Positions 1-11,800 of a DNA stretch of 64,000 bases are shown here, piece by piece. Each line of letters opens with the position of its first letter. Position 1 is the stretch's first letter. The DNA is taken from assembly GCA_951406725.2 (NCBI GenBank), contig OX597817.1, forward strand, positions 74,276,001-74,340,000, given 5' to 3'. The notes below the pieces were generated by a model. That model was not told the origin of the DNA. It did not search any database and was given only the letters and a program-made list of their open reading frames with translations. The position numbers were made by a program, and so were the translations under genes. The stretch comes from Octopus vulgaris. Lineage: Eukaryota.

Positions 1-1170
1 CTCGAGCAATTCGCGCCCCTGTTCATCTACCAGTGACCGAATGGTGGCTTTGTTGCCCTGTTGCGCCTCTGCCACCCGGGCCTCTCTCGCGGCTCCAACA
101 CCTTCGTTCCTTAGAGCACGCATCCTAGCTCTGACAGCACATCCTTCGTGTTTGGCGTTGAAGTGTTGGTCGAGGGCCAACCTCGCCGCCAAAACGTCGG
201 ATGCGATGCCGCTTCTAATTGCCTCTTCTAGCTTCTTAACTAGCTCACCCTCTACTCTATTTCTATCTATGGCTAGTGCTTTGCTGTACCTAATCGCTTC
301 TGCTTTTACTGCTCTCTTGAGGGCAAACCACCATTTGTTGTTGATGATGGCTCCCGTCAAAGCCCTCTTTACTAGTGTGCTAATCCGGTCTCTGAAAACT
401 TGTCTCGATGGGAAAGACGCGTTTAGTTTCCAGTATCCGGGACCCTGCCTAAGTGTCTTACCTAAGTCTAGCGTACATGTCACAAGTTTGTGATCCGTGT
501 AGCTGACTATGTGGAACTGTGGACATCCTATGCTATCTCTATCTACTGTCCTACACAGTATCCTATCTAGATACGATCTCGATGACCCGATGCGGTTGCT
601 CCATGTCCACGTTGGCGCATTCGGGTGGTCTAGTCGGAACCTGTCAGACAGTTGAAAGCGTCTGAGCAGGTCTCTGAGGCATTTGCATCCCCGTCTATTC
701 CTATCTCTACCCACGTAGTCTACATGCGTGTCCAAGGTAGCATTCCAATCCCCCACTAAGAGTAAAGGACGAGACGTTCCCAAGAAAACTTCTAGACGTT
801 GAAAGAAATCCGCCCGACCTGTTAAGGGCGGTGCGTAAACTGATACGAGTCGAAAAGCGCACCCATTGCTGCCGTCGACATCCAGGACGACCAGTCTACC
901 CTCCGGGTCTACGAATATTGTCCTTACTTTGAGATCCAGACTCTTGTGAAAAAGTACCGCGGTGCCACTACCGCCCATTCTCGGCAGACAGGGGGAAAAA
1001 TAAATGTTGAACTGTCCGCCAAACATGGTCTTTAGGGCCCGCGGATTGTGGAGTCTGGTCTCGCTTATGGCTATGATTTCTAACTTATGTGACTTTATGT
1101 CATTTAAGAGGTACCCTTGTTTCCAAGGGGACCCCAAGCCACGCGCATTTACACAACCAATCTTGATCAT
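1..1170 (-). mobile_element. Non-LTR retrotransposon ORF2, N-terminal part (APE endonuclease plus linker), L1/Tx1 clade; continues beyond the left edge
   Basis: Minus frame from the ATG at 1170 is open for 390 codons to position 1: [13 protein letters not shown]...AISETRL...GTAVLF...VSVYAP...LLVGDWNATLD...WTWSN...SYLDRIL...YTDHKLV...GPGYWKLNAS. The APE motifs and the GxWKLN motif are typical of L1/Tx1. It is absent from the ORF track because there is no stop in the window. Confidence 0.93.
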
Positions 1171-1493
1171 AGTTCTAATGAATTAGAATACAGAGGGTTA
1201 CTTACTGCTTTCTCCTCCGTTTTTGCTTTCTCCTCCGTTGGTTTGTCCTCGAGAAGATCCCAGTACAGTTTCTTTGTGAGATATTTTTGGCATTTACCAA
1301 CCGCACTGGGGAAAATGCCTTTGAGTGTGTGGTGCAGACTTTTGGAGATGTGTAATATTTTGATGTGGTCTGGTGGTGTTGTGTATGGGTGATTGTTTGT
1401 TTTTATGTCATCTTCTGTTATGTTTGTTTTTGATTGGATGTATTCCATTAAATTTGTGTTTTTGGTGTCTAGTATTCCATTAAATTTGTGTTT

Positions 1494-1494
<1 letters not shown>
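1167..1494 (-). mobile_element. C-terminal remnant of ORF1 of the same LINE (5'-truncated element)
   Basis: Open frame [11 protein letters not shown]...[11 protein letters not shown] ends with TGA 1169-1167, overlapping the ORF2 ATG (ATGA). It begins abruptly at the edge of the GATA array. Confidence 0.7.
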
Positions 1495-2144
<650 letters not shown>

Positions 2145-2145
<1 letters not shown>

Positions 2146-2705
2146 AGGTCGATGCAGGGAGGATCACCACCGTAAATATAAGCCGCACACAAATATTCGC
2201 AACAACCGCACACATAAAGAGAAGAGAGAAGGGAAAAGAAATAACTCCTGGGCGACGTAAATTCAATAACAACAATTACAATAATAATAGCAATAACAGC
2301 TAAAATATGGACGTCAGTGGCACATTTCATAAAGTATGCACGTCAGCGGCACATATCATAAAGTATGGGTGTCAGCGGCACATATCATAAAGTATGGACG
2401 TCAGAAGCACAGCGGCCGGGATCTCTTTAATATCGATCCTTTCTCAGCCAGACGTAATCTGCACTTTCTGCTGCTATTGAAGTACGCTTTACATTTCTCT
2501 AGAATCCTCCACTCTATGTTATTCTTGGTGACGCTGTCTTTCAACGACCATACGTGCTTGGCCAGGGTTGTGGAATTACATCTCTCCTAGATGCTGAAGG
2601 ACTTGTGGTTGTTATAGCAGGGTCTGAAGGGGCCTTCAGTTGCTCCAATGTACTTTCGCACGTTTGGTTGTCTATTTAATCCTATTGCTGTTACCTTTAC
2701 CTCGT
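2145..2705 (-). mobile_element. Penelope-like element 3' fragment: degenerate GIY-YIG endonuclease plus 3' region containing a ~29-bp tandem repeat
   Basis: Minus translation of ~2700-2410: VKVTAIG...RKYIGATEGPFRPCYNNHKSFSI*ERCNSTTLAKHVWSLKD...IEWRILEKCKAY...CRLRLAEK, a PLE GIY-YIG signature with one stop. Tandem unit cgtcagcggcacatatcataaagtatgga at ~2310-2405. Ends at the (ATCT)n array. Confidence 0.85.
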
Positions 2706-2712
2706 ATGGGAC

Positions 2713-3096
2713 GGAAGCACTCCGTCGGTTACGACGACGAGGGTTCCGGTTGATCCGAATCAACGGAACAGCCTGCTCGTGAAATTAACGTGTAAGTGGC
2801 TGAGTACTCCACAGACACGTGTACCCTTAATGTAGTTCTCGGGGATATTCAGCGTGACACAGAGAGTGACAAGGCCGGCCCTTTGAAATACAGGTACAAC
2901 AGAAACAGGAAGTAAGAGTGAGAGAAAGTTGTGGTGAAAGAGTACAGCAGGGATCACCACCATCCCCTGCCGGAGCCTCGTGGAGCTTTAGGTGTTTTCG
3001 CTCAATAAACACTCACAACGCCCGGTCTGGGAATCGAAACCGCGATCCTATGACCGCGAGTCCGCTGCCCTAACCACTGGGCCATTGCACCTCCAC
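2713..3096 (-). mobile_element. tRNA-derived SINE, family A, full length
   Basis: Reverse complement of the copy at 6522-6909; tRNA-like head with A/B boxes (TGGCCCAGTGG, GGTTTCGATTCCC). Confidence 0.9.
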
Positions 3097-3223
3097 TCTC
3101 AGAAATGACAGCTTGCATCAATAGGCAATGAAATCTAGTTTCTATGCAACGATTAGTGATCTTGTGGTTGTTGATTAGTGTTCCTGCTGCTGCTGCTGCT
3201 GTTGTTAGTAGTAGTAGTTAGTC

Positions 3224-3383
3224 ATCATCATTGTGGGACCGTGGTCGAGACAATGGAATTTACTATGTTACGCCAGACTTCACGGTCCATCATGGTATTA
3301 CGGAGGTCCTGTCGCTGGATGCCTGTATCCCTGGAGATTACATCAGGGTAGGATAGTGTGCGCCCTCTGGTATCGCGAGCAAC
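3224..3383 (-). mobile_element. RTE-like LINE 3' end fragment
   Basis: Translation RGRTLSYPDVISRDTG...MMDREVWRNIV resembles an RTE C-terminus; followed by a short (TGA)n tail. Confidence 0.6.
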
Positions 3384-3384
3384 G

Positions 3385-3428
<44 letters not shown>

Positions 3429-3542
3429 GGTGGTGGTGGTGGTGGTGGTGGTGGTGGTGGCTGTTGTGGTGGCGGCAGTAGTAGTAGTAGTAGTAGTGGT
3501 GGTGGTGGTGGTGGTGGTGGTGGTGGTGGTGGTGGTAGTAGT

Positions 3543-3589
<47 letters not shown>

Positions 3590-3681
3590 CTGGCAGCGGC
3601 GGCGGCGGCGACAATGTTAATGTCTGGTCGTTGATGTTATGGGTGGTGATGGCGGTGGTAGCTTCAGCAGCGGTGTGGGTG

Positions 3682-3727
<46 letters not shown>

Positions 3728-3734
3728 ATCTATC

Positions 3735-3787
<53 letters not shown>
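3385..3787. repeat. (GTA)n/(GTG)n and (TATC)n microsatellites
   Basis: Directly visible. Confidence 0.97.
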
Positions 3788-3789
<2 letters not shown>

Positions 3790-3897
3790 CTTAAGACTTG
3801 AGTGACAGACAGATTAAATAACAAAGGCATTGACCCACGGTCTAGAGAAACTGACCATAGTGATTATTAGCGGGAATAGCTTAGATTGGAAATCTGT

Positions 3898-3996
3898 CCA
3901 TGGATGGAATTTACCATGGTGGAATATACCGTGATGGAAATTACCTATGGTGAAATTTACCTGGTGGAATTTTCCGTGGTAGAATTTACCTAGAAC
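3898..3996. repeat. 15-bp minisatellite (ggtggaatttaccgt-like, about 6 units), possibly a transposon subterminal repeat
   Basis: Imperfect tandem units ending in tagaac. Confidence 0.6.
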
Positions 3997-3997
3997 T

Positions 3998-4008
3998 CAT
4001 ACATACAT

Positions 4009-4075
<67 letters not shown>

Positions 4076-4088
4076 TACATACATACAT

Positions 4089-4127
<39 letters not shown>

Positions 4128-4207
4128 TACATACATACATACATACATACATACATACATACATACATACATACATACATACATACATACATACATACAT
4201 ACATACA

Positions 4208-4237
<30 letters not shown>
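3998..4237. repeat. (CATA)n/(CA)n microsatellite
   Basis: Directly visible. Confidence 0.98.
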
Positions 4238-4239
<2 letters not shown>

Positions 4240-4387
4240 AAGTAAAAAGAATAGAAGGAAAATTCTTGAAAGTATCGAAAAGAGATCTCTTGAACTTAAA
4301 TTGAGCCGCCTGAAAGAGGAGTCAATGAGAAGCTGTCGGAGTGAAACTTCGACATTAGAAGCGGGTTACTGAAAAAATAATTAACAA

Positions 4388-4757
4388 GGCGCAGGAGTGG
4401 CTGTGTGGTAAGTAGCTTGCTAACCAACCACACGGTTAGGGGTTCAGTCCCACTGCGTGGCATCTTGGGCAAGTGTCTTCTGCTATAGCCCCGGGCCAAC
4501 CAATGCCTTGTGAGTGGATTTGGTAGACGGAAACTGAAAGAAGCCTGTCGTATATATGTATATATATATGTATATGTGTGTGTGTTTGTGTGTCTGTGTT
4601 TGTCCCCCTAGCATTGCTTGACAACCGATGCTGGTGTGTTTACGTCCCCGTCACTTAGCGGTTCGGCAAAAAGAGACCGATAGAATAAGTACTAAAAGGT
4701 GGTGCTCCAGCATGGCCGCAGTCAAATGACTGAAACAAGTAAAAGAGTAAAAGAGTA
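4388..4757 (+). mobile_element. tRNA-derived SINE, family B
   Basis: Head ggcgcaggagtggctgtgtggtaag...ggttcagtccc, internal TA/TG tract, tail (aaaagagt)n. Many copies occur in the window. Confidence 0.9.
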
Positions 4758-4959
4758 AGCCATTAAGACGAAATCAATCAGTATGAAGGGATTGTGCGAT
4801 CAGGGGACAGTCAATGAAAAAGGGGACAGACGATCATTTCCAGAAAGATATGGCTTACGAGGATGGGTTGACTGGAAATGAAGGAGTGATGCTAGTGTTG
4901 GGAAACTTTGCATGCATTAATTTCAGCTCTTTTTATTGATGACTACATTGTTTCTTTGA

Positions 4960-5885
4960 CTGTGTGGTAAGTAGCTTGCTTACCAACCACATGGTTCCAG
5001 GTTCATTCCTACTGCGTGGCACTTTGGGCAAGTGTTTTTACTACAGCCTCGGGCCGATCAAAGCCTTGTGAGTGGATTTAGTAGACGGAAACTGAAAGAA
5101 GCCCGTCGTGTATATATATATAGGCGCAGGAGTGGCTGTGTGGTAAGTAGCTTGCTTACCAACCACATGGTTCCAGGTTCATTCCTACTGCGTGGCACCT
5201 TGGGCAAGTGTCTTTTACTATAGCCTCGGGCCGATCAAAGCCTTGTGAGTGGATTTAGTAGACGGAAACTGAAAGAAGCCCGTCGTGTATATATATATAG
5301 GCGCAGGAGTGGCTGTGTGGTAAGTAGCTTGCTTACCAACCACATGGTTCCAGGTTCATTCCTACTGCGTGGCACTTTGGGCAAGTGTCTTTTACTATAG
5401 CCTCGGGCCGATCAAAGCCTTGTGAGTGGATTTAGTAGACGGAAACTGAAAGAAGCCCGTCGTGTATATATATATATATAGGCGTAGGAGTGGCTGTGTG
5501 GTAAGTAGCTTGTTTACCAACCACATGGTTCCAGGTTCATTCCTACTGCGTGGCACCTTGTGCAAGTGTCTTTTGCTATAGCCTCGGGCCGATCAAAGCC
5601 TTGTGAGTGGATTTCGTAGACGGAAACTGAAAGAAGCCCGTCGTATATATGTATATATATGTATGTGTGAGTATATGTTTGTCCTCCCAACATCATTTCA
5701 CAACCGATGCTGGTGTGTTTACGTCCCCGTAACTTAGCGATTCGGCAAAAGAGACCGATAGAATAAGTACTAGGCTGACAAAGAATAAGTCCTGGGGTCG
5801 ATTTGCTTGACTAAATGCGGTGCTCCAGCATGGCCACAGTCAAATGACTGAAACAAGTTAAAGAGTAAAGGACTAAAAAGAGTAA
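4960..5885 (+). mobile_element. SINE family B with a tandemly quadruplicated ~177-bp 5' half
   Basis: Four near-identical head units separated by (TA)n, then one body and tail. Confidence 0.9.
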
Positions 5886-5966
5886 ACTGACATCTGACTG
5901 TTCAAAGAACACTTCAAAAGTTATTAGTAGCGGTGTCTCTTGAAAATAGACAAAATTTGATGTCGT

Positions 5967-6373
5967 GGAGTAAAGATTATTTGCCAACATAACATGGCAG
6001 TCCTGGTTTAGGATGAATGTTGCTGTAATTTAGCCCCAGGAGACATCGTCTGTGTCCTTATATTTTCGAACAAGGGAATCTAGCACCCCTCACTCAGCTC
6101 AAAACAATATCTGTGTATCGCGAATTTGGCAGCGCCACCTCTAGCCGAGCAATTATTCTGTGCTAATGAAGGGAAATAACCCGGAAATCGCAATACACAG
6201 ATATTGTTTTGAGCTGAGTGGCGGGGGTGGTGCTAGATTCCCTTGTTCGAAAATATAAGGACACAGATCGTGTCGTATAGCCAGCTGGAAACGATGTCTC
6301 CTGGGGCTAAATTACAGCAACATTCGTCCTAAACTAGGACTGCCATGTTATGTTGGCAAATGATTTTTATTCC
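5967..6373. repeat. ~400-bp fold-back element (arms ~160-190 bp) with a hammerhead-like motif at the apex
   Basis: Left arm ttgccaacataacatggcagtcc...ctgtgtatcgcga is the reverse complement of right arm tcgcaatacacag...ggactgccatgttatgttggcaaa. Confidence 0.92.
6157..6201 (+). ncRNA. Type I hammerhead ribozyme-like motif, core variant CUAAUGA
   Basis: tctgtg-CTAATGA-a-ggg-aaataa-ccc-g-GAAA-t-cgca-a-TA-cacaga. Stem I is 6 bp and stem II is 3 bp. The opposite arm shows the loop III palindrome CGCG. Confidence 0.65.
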
Positions 6374-6429
6374 TAAGTACTGTTGCTGAATATCTCTCGT
6401 TGTGAGATTTACAAATAGTAATTTTCTAA

Positions 6430-7108
6430 TTTGGTGTCGTGCTGTTGACAATTACCGGCAGAAAAAGAGATTAGCCTCAAACAACACTCATGCTGTCATG
6501 GTTGCTACATTAGGGGATGATAGTGGAGGCGCAATGGCCTAGTGGCTAGGGCAGCGGACTCGCGGTCGTAGGATCGCGGTTTCGATTCCCAGACCGGGCG
6601 TTGTGAGTGTTTTTATTGAGCGAAAACGCCTAAAGCTCCATGAGGCTCCGGCAGAGGATGGTGGTGATCCCTGCTGTACTCTTTCACCACAACTTTCTCT
6701 CACTCTTACTTCCTGTTTCTGTTGTGCCTGTATTTCAAAGGGCCGGCCTTGTCAGTCTCTGTGTCACGCTGAATATCCCCGAGAACTACGTTAAGGGTGC
6801 ACGTGTCTGTGGAGTGCTCAGCCACTTACACGTTAATTTCACGAGCAGGCTGTTCCGTTGATCGGATCAACCGGAACCCTCATCGTCGTCGTAACCGACG
6901 GAGTGCTTCCATTAGGGGATGATGCTCTAGTTTTATCAACAGTGTAAAAATGGGCAGCTAAATTTAGGAGGAGAAGAGAGAGTCTCGGAGATGATCCAGC
7001 TTCTGGACGTCCTGAAACTGCCTCCACTGAGGACAACACTGATCGTGTTCACTACATACTGATGGATGGCAGATGATTGACTACAAATCAAAATATCCAA
7101 TGCTATTC
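6430..7108 (+). pseudogene. Mariner-type transposase N-terminal (HTH) relic interrupted by a SINE
   Basis: Joining across the SINE gives ...HAVMVATLGDDALVLSTV*KWAAKFRRRRESLGDDPASGRPETASTEDNTDRVHYILMDGR*LTTNQ, matching the mariner DxxxSGRP motif. Confidence 0.8.
6522..6909 (+). mobile_element. tRNA-derived SINE, family A, full length with a 14-bp TSD
   Basis: TSD cattaggggatgat at 6508-6521 and 6910-6923; tRNA-like head. Confidence 0.95.
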
Positions 7109-7111
7109 GTA

Positions 7112-7142
7112 TTAGGTTGGTGCATAATTATTGCGGCTTTTT
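7112..7142 (+). mobile_element. Mariner-like terminal inverted repeat
   Basis: ta-ttaggttggtgcataattattgcggcttt resembles the Hsmar1/MADE1 TIR and follows a TA. Confidence 0.6.
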
Positions 7143-7213
7143 TTTTTTTTCAATAAATTTTAGTCAACAAAAAATTTAAACAAAACGCTAAGCAAAAATA
7201 GAAGTTGATGATG

Positions 7214-8005
7214 AAGGCAGCGAGCCGGCAGAAACGTTAGCATGCCAGGCGAAATGCTTGGCGGTATTTCGTCTGCCGTTATGTTCGGTATTTCGTCCGC
7301 CGAGGTCGACTTTGCCTTTCATCCTTTCGGGGTCGATAAATTAAGTACCAGTTACGCACTGGGGTCGATGTAATCGACTTAATCTCCTTGTCTGTCCTCT
7401 CTATGTTTAGCTCCTTGTAGGTAGTAAAGAAATAGGTATTTTGTCTGCCGTTATGTTCTGAGTTCAAATTCCGCTAAGGTCGACTTTGCCTTTCATCCTT
7501 TTGGGGGTCGATTAAATAAGTACCAGTTACGCACTGAGGTCGATATATTAGACTTAATCCGTTTGTTTATCCTTATTTGTCCTCTCTGTGTTTAGCCCCT
7601 TGTGGGTAGTAAAGAAATAGATATTTCGTCTGCTGCTACGTTCTGAGTTCATCTTCCGCCGAGGTCGACTTTGCCTTTCATCCTTTCGGAGTCGATTAAA
7701 TAAGTACCAGTTACACACTGGGATCGATGTAATCGACCTAATCCCTTTGTCTGTCCCTGTTTGTCCCCCTCTATGTTTAGTCCCATGTGGGCAATAAAGA
7801 AATCAGAAACGTTAGCACGCTGAGCGAAATGCTTAGCGGTATTTTGTCTGTCTATGGGTTCTCAGTTCAAATTCCGCCAAGGTCTATTTTGCCTTTCATC
7901 CTTTCGGGGTCGATAACTTAAGTACCAGTGGTGTACTGGGGTCGATCTAATCGACTGGCCCCCTCCCACAAAATTTCGGGCTTTGTACCTCGAGTAGAAA
8001 ATATT
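7214..8005 (+). mobile_element. SINE family C, tandem multimer of about 4 units
   Basis: Repeated unit gttctgagttcaaattccgccgaggtcgactttgcctttcatcctttcggggtcgataaattaagtaccag. Confidence 0.88.
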
Positions 8006-8153
8006 CTATGTCGTACTGAATTTCGCTAAGAACTATGTTAAGAGTACACGGGTCTGTGGAGTACTCAGCCACTTGCATGTTAATTTCACGAGCAGGCTGT
8101 TCCGTTGATCGGATCAACTGGCACCCTCTTCGTCATAACCGATGGAATGCTAG

Positions 8154-8187
<34 letters not shown>

Positions 8188-8191
<4 letters not shown>

Positions 8192-8346
8192 ATCGTAAAA
8201 ATATCTGGTCTGAAAAGAAGGCGTTTAAACCGGATGTATCCTAGGAACAAGAAACCTGATAGGAGCATCGTCTCTGCCAACAGCATCAATGGCGATATTG
8301 CTGAGGGTGTGGTAGTAAACTGAGCCCACATCATCATCTTTAACAT
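8188..8346 (-). CDS. Candidate first coding exon of an unidentified neighbouring gene (hydrophobic N-terminus)
   Basis: Unique, non-repetitive sequence encoding MLKMMMWAQFTTTPSAISPLMLLAETMLLSGFLFLGYIRFKRLLFRPDIFTIP, followed by gtgtgt (possible donor). No homologue recognised. Confidence 0.25.
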
Positions 8347-9249
8347 GTCTCACAGCTAGAACCTTTTACTAAATATTTTATCCAATCATTTATCTCCAGA
8401 ATGGCAGCTTCTACATGGAATCACATTCTCATCAGACATTAATTTACACAAGTTGAAAAAAGACATCATCTACATTCACATTAACAGTTTAGGAAAGCCT
8501 GCAGATGTTCTCTTGCTCGCACTTTATATCAATACAAATAAGAATTTCTAACAAAGGTACATAGCCAAAAATTTTATAGGAGGAAATAATGTCAACTATA
8601 TTGACCCACTCCTTATCTAGTGTTTTATTTCATTGCCCACAAAAAAAGAGAAATGTGAAGTGTGTTGACAATGCTAACTAACCATTTCATGACTTAAATT
8701 CTGATAGGTAAACTGTTTCATTAAATCTCTAGTGCCAGTTTAGCATACAGTAAACGTGGCCATTTACAATTTAGTATGCTATCTGTTGCCAATTCTAGAC
8801 CATAGCTCTAACCCTAACATAAACCATAACAACGCATAGTCTACATAGTTACAAGCAGATAGACACTCTACTGACCTTCTCACCTTTATCTCATAATTTT
8901 GTTGATCCAAACACCTGATTAATAATTAAAGAAAGTAGCTATTTTACTAAGACTGTTCAAATTGATTATGTGTATTTCATTGGGAACATGACTATAAAAG
9001 AATTTAGCATCAAATTTGATTTCAACTTACATTTTCCACAGCTATTCTAACAACAGTGTAACATTACTTCTGTAACCTCTCAGAGGAAACATGACTCCTC
9101 CTTCATTCCTCTCCACCCTTCATTTATGGTTTGAGAATAATTCTATAATTGTTGTAAACTGGAATGGAACTTACTCTCTTTCTGCTCACATCCATTCTCC
9201 ATTTAATGCTGCTTGGTTTGCATCTTTTAGAGAGATAGATTAGATATAA

Positions 9250-9644
9250 CTAGCAGTATCGCCCGGCGTTGCTCGTGTTTGTAAGGGAAATAACCATATA
9301 AGCATTTTTAGAGTTATAGCCAAAAATAGCAAAAAAATGCATTAAAACGGAAAAAAAATGATGGTAATATTTTTTTAAATCGTTGACTCATCGTAGACAT
9401 TTTTAGAGAGTTACTTCCCTTATATAATAGCCAAAAAATGCATTAAAATGGAAAAAAATGATGGTAAATTTTTTTTTAAATCGTAGACTCATCGTAGACG
9501 CGCGCTAATACCCAGAAGGGCTCGATATGAATCACGACTATAAGATACCCGCTTTTGGTTAAACTGCACCGCAAAATGTGGGAGTAGTTAGGAATCTAAA
9601 TCGTAGGAGACACACACACACAACCTCTCTTTTATATATAAAGA
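9250..9644 (-). mobile_element. Non-autonomous Helitron
   Basis: Minus strand starts TCTTTATATATAAAAG and ends in a GC-rich subterminal segment (cgagcaacgccgggcg) plus CTAG. It is inserted between A and T with no TSD and has an internal ~100-bp duplication. Confidence 0.85.
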
Positions 9645-10540
9645 TAAACTCAAAGAGCAACTAGAAAGTGAAAGTAGTATCTAACTTAGGATGTCTCATA
9701 GATAGTGGTGGCAATGGTGTTGGAGGTGGTAGATGTGGTTATCATGGCAGTGGTGGTGGTGGTGTAGTGGTGACAGTGGATGTGTATGATGGCAGCAATT
9801 ATAGTGTTGGTGTTTTTGTAGAGGTGGTGGTGGTGGCGGCGGCAGTGGATGATAATGATAATGATGATGATAGTAGTAGTAGCATTGATTATGTTAGGAT
9901 GTCTCATGGATGGTAGTGTTGAAGACATTGCAGAGTGTAGTGGCGGTGAAATTGGTGATTTTGAATATGATGCTGGTATTGGTCTTGGAGTTGTGGTTGC
10001 AGAAGATGGTTGTGGTGGTGGCATTGGAGGTTGTAGTAATGGTTGTAGTGGTGGTTGTGAAGATGATTCTGATATTGATAGTCTTTCCATTGAGGTGGTG
10101 GCAGAGTCAGAGTAAATAATAAGAGCCCAGTTAACACAAGATTCTTAAATTTCGGAGATCATAAGATAGAGAGCAAGAAGTTAAAAGTTCCAATACTGGC
10201 CCAATACCTACACCCCAGATTCTTCAACTATTTTATAAGAAAGGGGTTAATGGCAGGATAGGGATTCAGCCTTAAAATAAATTGTATAACAAAAAATACA
10301 TAAATAAATTACTGCTCCAACGATGTAATTTTAGTATGTGTGTATGTATGTATGTGTGTGTGTGTGTGTGTAAGCAATACAAACAATGGAAAATAATTTA
10401 AACACTCATTTTCTGATGTCTAAGGATGGATATTTATGCGTATGAATCTTTTTCTTTTTATATTCTTTCAAATATAATTCTAGGGAACTGAAAAAGCTGT
10501 GTACGATGCCAAGCGAATTTAGCTATTTACGATGAGCGGA

Positions 10541-10617
10541 TGTTTACGTTACAAACGAATCTGTAGGTCTGTTTACATGTTTACGTTAACTACGTCACAA
10601 AATAGCTGTTTACGTCA
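10541..10617. promoter_or_regulatory. Cluster of forkhead (TGTTTAC x4) and CRE-like (TACGTCA x2) motifs in CpG-retaining unique DNA; putative promoter or enhancer
   Basis: TGTTTAC at 10541, 10570, 10578 and 10607; TACGTCA at 10591 and 10611. Confidence 0.45.
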
Positions 10618-11093
10618 CAGTAACAATATTTTGAGAGGCAGTAAATAATATGAGGTCGAAAGAAAGAATACCATTGGTTAAAATTCGAATTATTAAACAA
10701 CGTTAAACTTAGAAATTACAATTCCGTTTTCATTTTGGTTTACAATTATGTTTTCTTTTGACACATTCTACCAGTATACGAAGTTTCAAATTGTTTAGTT
10801 AACTAGGAAAATCTGGCCTTCAAACTGAAAAGATCCCAAGTTTATACTAATGTAAGCATAAAAAGAAAGAGAACGAGTACGCGTGACGTCTTTGAAGGTG
10901 AAAGTTGGAGGGTGAAAAAAGATCGATAAAAGAAAGGGAAAAGGATAGTAGAAGGCAGTGCGAGAGAATCGTGGCACTCCGTCGGTTACGACGACGAGGG
11001 TTCCAGTTCAACCGATCAACATTTTGTATACAGAAATACAAAATGGCTGATGGTTACTAAGGAGAGACACAAATAAGTGAGAAGAAAACAAAG

Positions 11094-11137
11094 GACCACT
11101 GATGCGGTCACAGGAGTGTGACGAAAGAACTCTGGCC
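11094..11137 (+). ncRNA. Type I hammerhead-like motif (A9>C) in a pLTR-like fragment that ends at (TA)n
   Basis: gacca-CTGATGC-g-gtcac-aggagt-gtgac-GAAA-gaac-TC-tggcc. Confidence 0.65.
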
Positions 11138-11301
11138 GAAATAAGATTAAGATTAATGTAAAAAATAAATAACACTGAAGCAAATATATAGTGCGTGTGT
11201 TTTTATTGGCTAAACTGGCAAAATGACCATTCCGAAATATAACAATATCTGTTTCAACACACGACTTCACATAAAAAATCTTGCACAACAAATATTTAAA
11301 T

Positions 11302-11305
<4 letters not shown>

Positions 11306-11353
<48 letters not shown>

Positions 11354-11358
11354 CATAC

Positions 11359-11402
<44 letters not shown>

Positions 11403-11454
11403 ATACATATATACATACATACATATATATATACATATATATTTATATATATAC

Positions 11455-11540
<86 letters not shown>
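11306..11540. repeat. (TA)n microsatellite
   Basis: Directly visible. Confidence 0.98.
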
Positions 11541-11544
<4 letters not shown>

Positions 11545-11800
11545 CGTATGTGTGTGTATATGTGCGCGTGTGTGTGTGTGCGTATGTTTGTGTGCCTGTG
11601 TTTGTCTCCCACCATCGCTTGACAACCGAAGCTAATCGATTTGTTCGACTAAAGGCGGTGCTCCAGCATGGTCGCAGTCAAATGACTGAAACAAGTAAAA
11701 GAATAAAAGAATATATATGTGTGTGTGTGCGTGTGTGTGTTTATTCTGTCAGATGGTGCTATTAAGTTAGACAAATCTTTGGTCGAAACATATGTTATCT

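Noticed and set aside
6522-6600. tRNA gene
   Set aside because: It is the tRNA-like head of a multi-copy SINE with a TSD, not a stand-alone tRNA.
9668-10137. Overlapping Pro/Ser/Thr- or Gly/Val-rich ORFs
   Set aside because: Degenerate trinucleotide low-complexity DNA open in several frames, with no splice or homology support.
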